Below are positions 7,471-9,073 of a DNA stretch of 9,073 bases, piece by piece. The notes beneath the pieces were generated by a model, which saw only the letters and a list, made by a program, of their open reading frames with translations, did not search any database and was not told the origin of the DNA. Each line of letters begins with the position of its first letter. Positions within the stretch are counted from its first letter, which is position 1. This DNA comes from Candidatus Vampirococcus lugosii (lineage in GTDB: Bacteria > Patescibacteriota > Gracilibacteria > Absconditabacterales > Absconditicoccaceae): contig NZ_JAEDAM010000046.1 of the NCBI RefSeq assembly GCF_018420025.1, positions 1 to 9,073 on the forward strand, written 5' to 3'. Position numbers and translations under genes: made by a program.

Positions 7471-8761
7471 CTAATTCAATATAATCATCATTATATTTTG
7501 CATTTTCTAAATATTTGATAATATTATTTTTTTCAAATATATAAAAAATTTTACTTATTCATGGTGCTGGTTCTAAGCTTTCATACATATAAAAATTTGA
7601 TACTTTATCATTAAATTTAAAATTATTTGAATCTAAATTAAAATTAATATACAAATTCTCATTTTTATAATTTATTTCTAATAAGTTATTATATGGACTC
7701 ATATACTTAACTAAATTAAATTTATTTTCATCTAAATTTTCAAATTTATCTCCTAAAATTCTTAAAATATTTTTATTTAAAATATTTAAAATATCTATAT
7801 CTTTATTCTTAATTATTAAATTAATATTAAATCATTTATTAATAATATTATTAATTTTTTCAATTTCATTATTAGTAAAAAGGTATTTATAATATTGTTC
7901 ATTAAAAGTTATTTTATTATTTTGTAAATCAAACATTTTAAATGAAACTCAAAATGACTGATTTATAGATAATTTATAATCTTCAAAATATATTATATAT
8001 TCTGTTCAATTTCTTCAGTGATCTATTTCTTTCAACAACAAAAAATCATAATAAATAAAATTATTATGAAAAAATATAAAATAATATTTCTCATTACAAA
8101 TATTATTTTTACAATATATATAATATTTTCAGTTATTATCTAATAAATCTTTTTTCTCCTCAAAAACATACTCCAAACTATTATTTTTTTCCAAAAAATA
8201 ATTTTCACTTTTTATTTTTTCTCAATTTGAAAAAAATGAAAATTCAAAATTATTACACAAATTTCAATTATTTTTAGAAATATTATAAACAAAAGTTTCA
8301 TCTCATTTATTAAATTGTTGTAAAGTATAAGGATTATCTTCTCAACAACTTCTAACAATTATTTGATCTGGTTCTCATGATTTTATAGTTCAAATTAACT
8401 GATATTTTGGAATACAAAAATCGTCATAATTAAAAATATCTGTATTTTCTTTTAATATTTCAAACTTTTCTTTATCAATTATACAATTATTATAATCAAC
8501 TAATTCTTTTACTTCAAAATCAATTTTCATTAAATTTTCTTTATTTTCTTCTTCTATAACTTTTACTTCTTCATCAATTATTTTAGTTTTTCCCTCTTCA
8601 TCAATTTTATCTTCTTCAGTATATTGACTAACTTTTTCTTCTGATTTTTCATTTTCAACATTCAAATCATGATTACTTTCATCTTTAACCTTTCAACTTT
8701 CTTCTTGATTACAAGCTGATAAAATTAAAGTAAGTGTTATTAATAGGATTATTTTTTTCAT
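7394..8761 (-). CDS. Lipoprotein of unknown function (455 aa under table 25, with 15 in-frame TGA)
   Basis: ATG at 8761..8759 is preceded by an in-frame TAA at 8779..8777. The stop is TAA at 7396..7394, and no other TAA or TAG occurs in frame. The N-terminus MKKIILLITLTLILSAC has the lipobox L-S-A-C (Cys17 codon 8711-8713). An acidic E/K-rich linker (aa ~18-75) precedes an N/Y/F/K-rich body with scattered Cys. The gene is co-oriented with and directly upstream of the giant gene. Confidence 0.8.
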
Positions 8762-8793
8762 AATATTTTTTATTAATTATTTAAAATATAAAA

Positions 8794-8821
8794 TATATAT
8801 TTATAATAAATAAAAAAGCAA
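8794..8821 (-). promoter_or_regulatory. Candidate sigma70-like promoter for the lipoprotein gene
   Basis: The minus strand reads TTGCTT (8821..8816), then 16 nt, then TATATA (8799..8794). The TTGCTTTTTT decamer also occurs upstream of the giant gene (7240..7231). The information content is low. Confidence 0.25.
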
Positions 8822-8839
8822 ACATTTCTTTAATATATT

Positions 8840-8851
8840 CCCGCCCGGGCG
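8840..8851. promoter_or_regulatory. All-G/C block containing the perfect 10-bp palindrome CGCCCGGGCG; candidate operator or protein-binding site in the divergent intergenic region
   Basis: CCCGCCCGGGCG occupies 8840-8851, and the palindrome occupies 8842-8851. It is followed by A7 at 8854-8860. It lies 81 nt from ATG 8761 and 74 nt from ATG 8925, and 11 nt upstream of the -35-like TTGATT. It is the only GC-rich run in the window. Confidence 0.4.
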
Positions 8852-8862
8852 AGAAAAAAATA

Positions 8863-8890
8863 TTGATTTTGGTAAAGAAAAAATTATAAT
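8863..8890 (+). promoter_or_regulatory. Candidate sigma70-like promoter for the AAA-ATPase-like gene
   Basis: TTGATT (8863-8868), then 16 nt, then TATAAT (8885-8890), 34 nt upstream of ATG 8925. Confidence 0.4.
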
Positions 8891-8924
8891 GAAAAAGATT
8901 TAGTAATATTAAAAAAATAAAGAT

Positions 8925-9073
8925 ATGAAAAAAATAGCAATATGAATACAAGATTTTAAGAAATTAATAACAGATAATTATTATTATATAGACAAAACTA
9001 AAATAATATATAATTTGTTGATAAGTAATAATTATTATTTTTTGTCTAGACCAAGAAGGTTTGGGAAATCATT
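8925..9073 (+). CDS. N-terminus of a predicted AAA-ATPase-like protein (PF09820-type; family members usually carry a C-terminal PD-(D/E)XK nuclease-like domain); partial, continuing past the right edge
   Basis: The translation is MKKIAIGIQDFKKLITDNYYYIDKTKIIYNLLISNNYYFLSRPRRFGKS. This matches the remembered family N-terminus: PIGIQdF, then NYYYVDKT, then YYFLSRPRRFGKS. Gly7 is encoded by TGA at 8943-8945. Confidence 0.85.

Noticed and set aside
8840-8860. GC palindrome plus A/T tract as a Rho-independent terminator
   Set aside because: Folded as RNA, the perfect dyad leaves only a 2-nt loop. No U-tract follows the stem on either strand in the required orientation. It also lies between two divergent gene starts, where nothing needs terminating.
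8889-8903. Mini-ORF ATG AAA AAG ATT TAG upstream of the ATPase-like gene, considered as a leader peptide
   Set aside because: It is only four codons long and overlaps the putative -10 box, so it is probably not transcribed from that promoter. It has no attenuator-like structure nearby.
1-9073. Reading TGA as Trp (table 4, Mollicutes-like), which the very low GC content and frequent in-frame TGA might suggest
   Set aside because: TGG is already used about 61 times in the giant ORF. Adding about 177 TGA would give roughly 10% Trp while leaving Gly below 1%. It would also produce implausible motifs such as AYEGWQH, VMWWLVW, WGWGW and AIWIQDF at positions where homologous families have Gly.

Overview
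The window is extremely AT-rich (roughly 20-25% GC by eye), and its standard-code ORF track is broken into pieces under 140 aa. Hand translation explains this. Only TGA interrupts the real reading frames; TAA and TAG never do. Motif context shows that TGA encodes glycine, as in translation table 25 (Candidatus Gracilibacteria / Absconditabacteria, the SR1 type). It is neither a stop nor Trp. Under that code the window holds three genes. (1) 7200..1 on the minus strand is one uninterrupted ORF of 2400 codons that runs off the left edge. It encodes a giant secreted protein: signal peptide, clan GH-A-like barrel, discoidin-like module, second GH-A-like barrel with a beta-sandwich tail, FISUMP-like lectin module, right-handed beta-helix, three near-identical 41-aa Trp/Cys repeats, a Gly5 hinge, a K/E/N/D-rich stalk, and an unrecognised C-terminal region. 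(2) 8761..7394 on the minus strand encodes a 455-aa lipoprotein with no recognisable domain. A +1 frame stays suspiciously open past its stop. (3) 8925..9073 on the plus strand is the start of a PF09820-type AAA-ATPase-like protein. Genes 2 and 3 diverge from an intergenic region that contains a 12-nt all-G/C block with a perfect 10-bp palindrome. No rRNA, tRNA, CRISPR array or transposase was seen. All translations and counts were done by hand, and domain names come from remembered motif patterns rather than searches.
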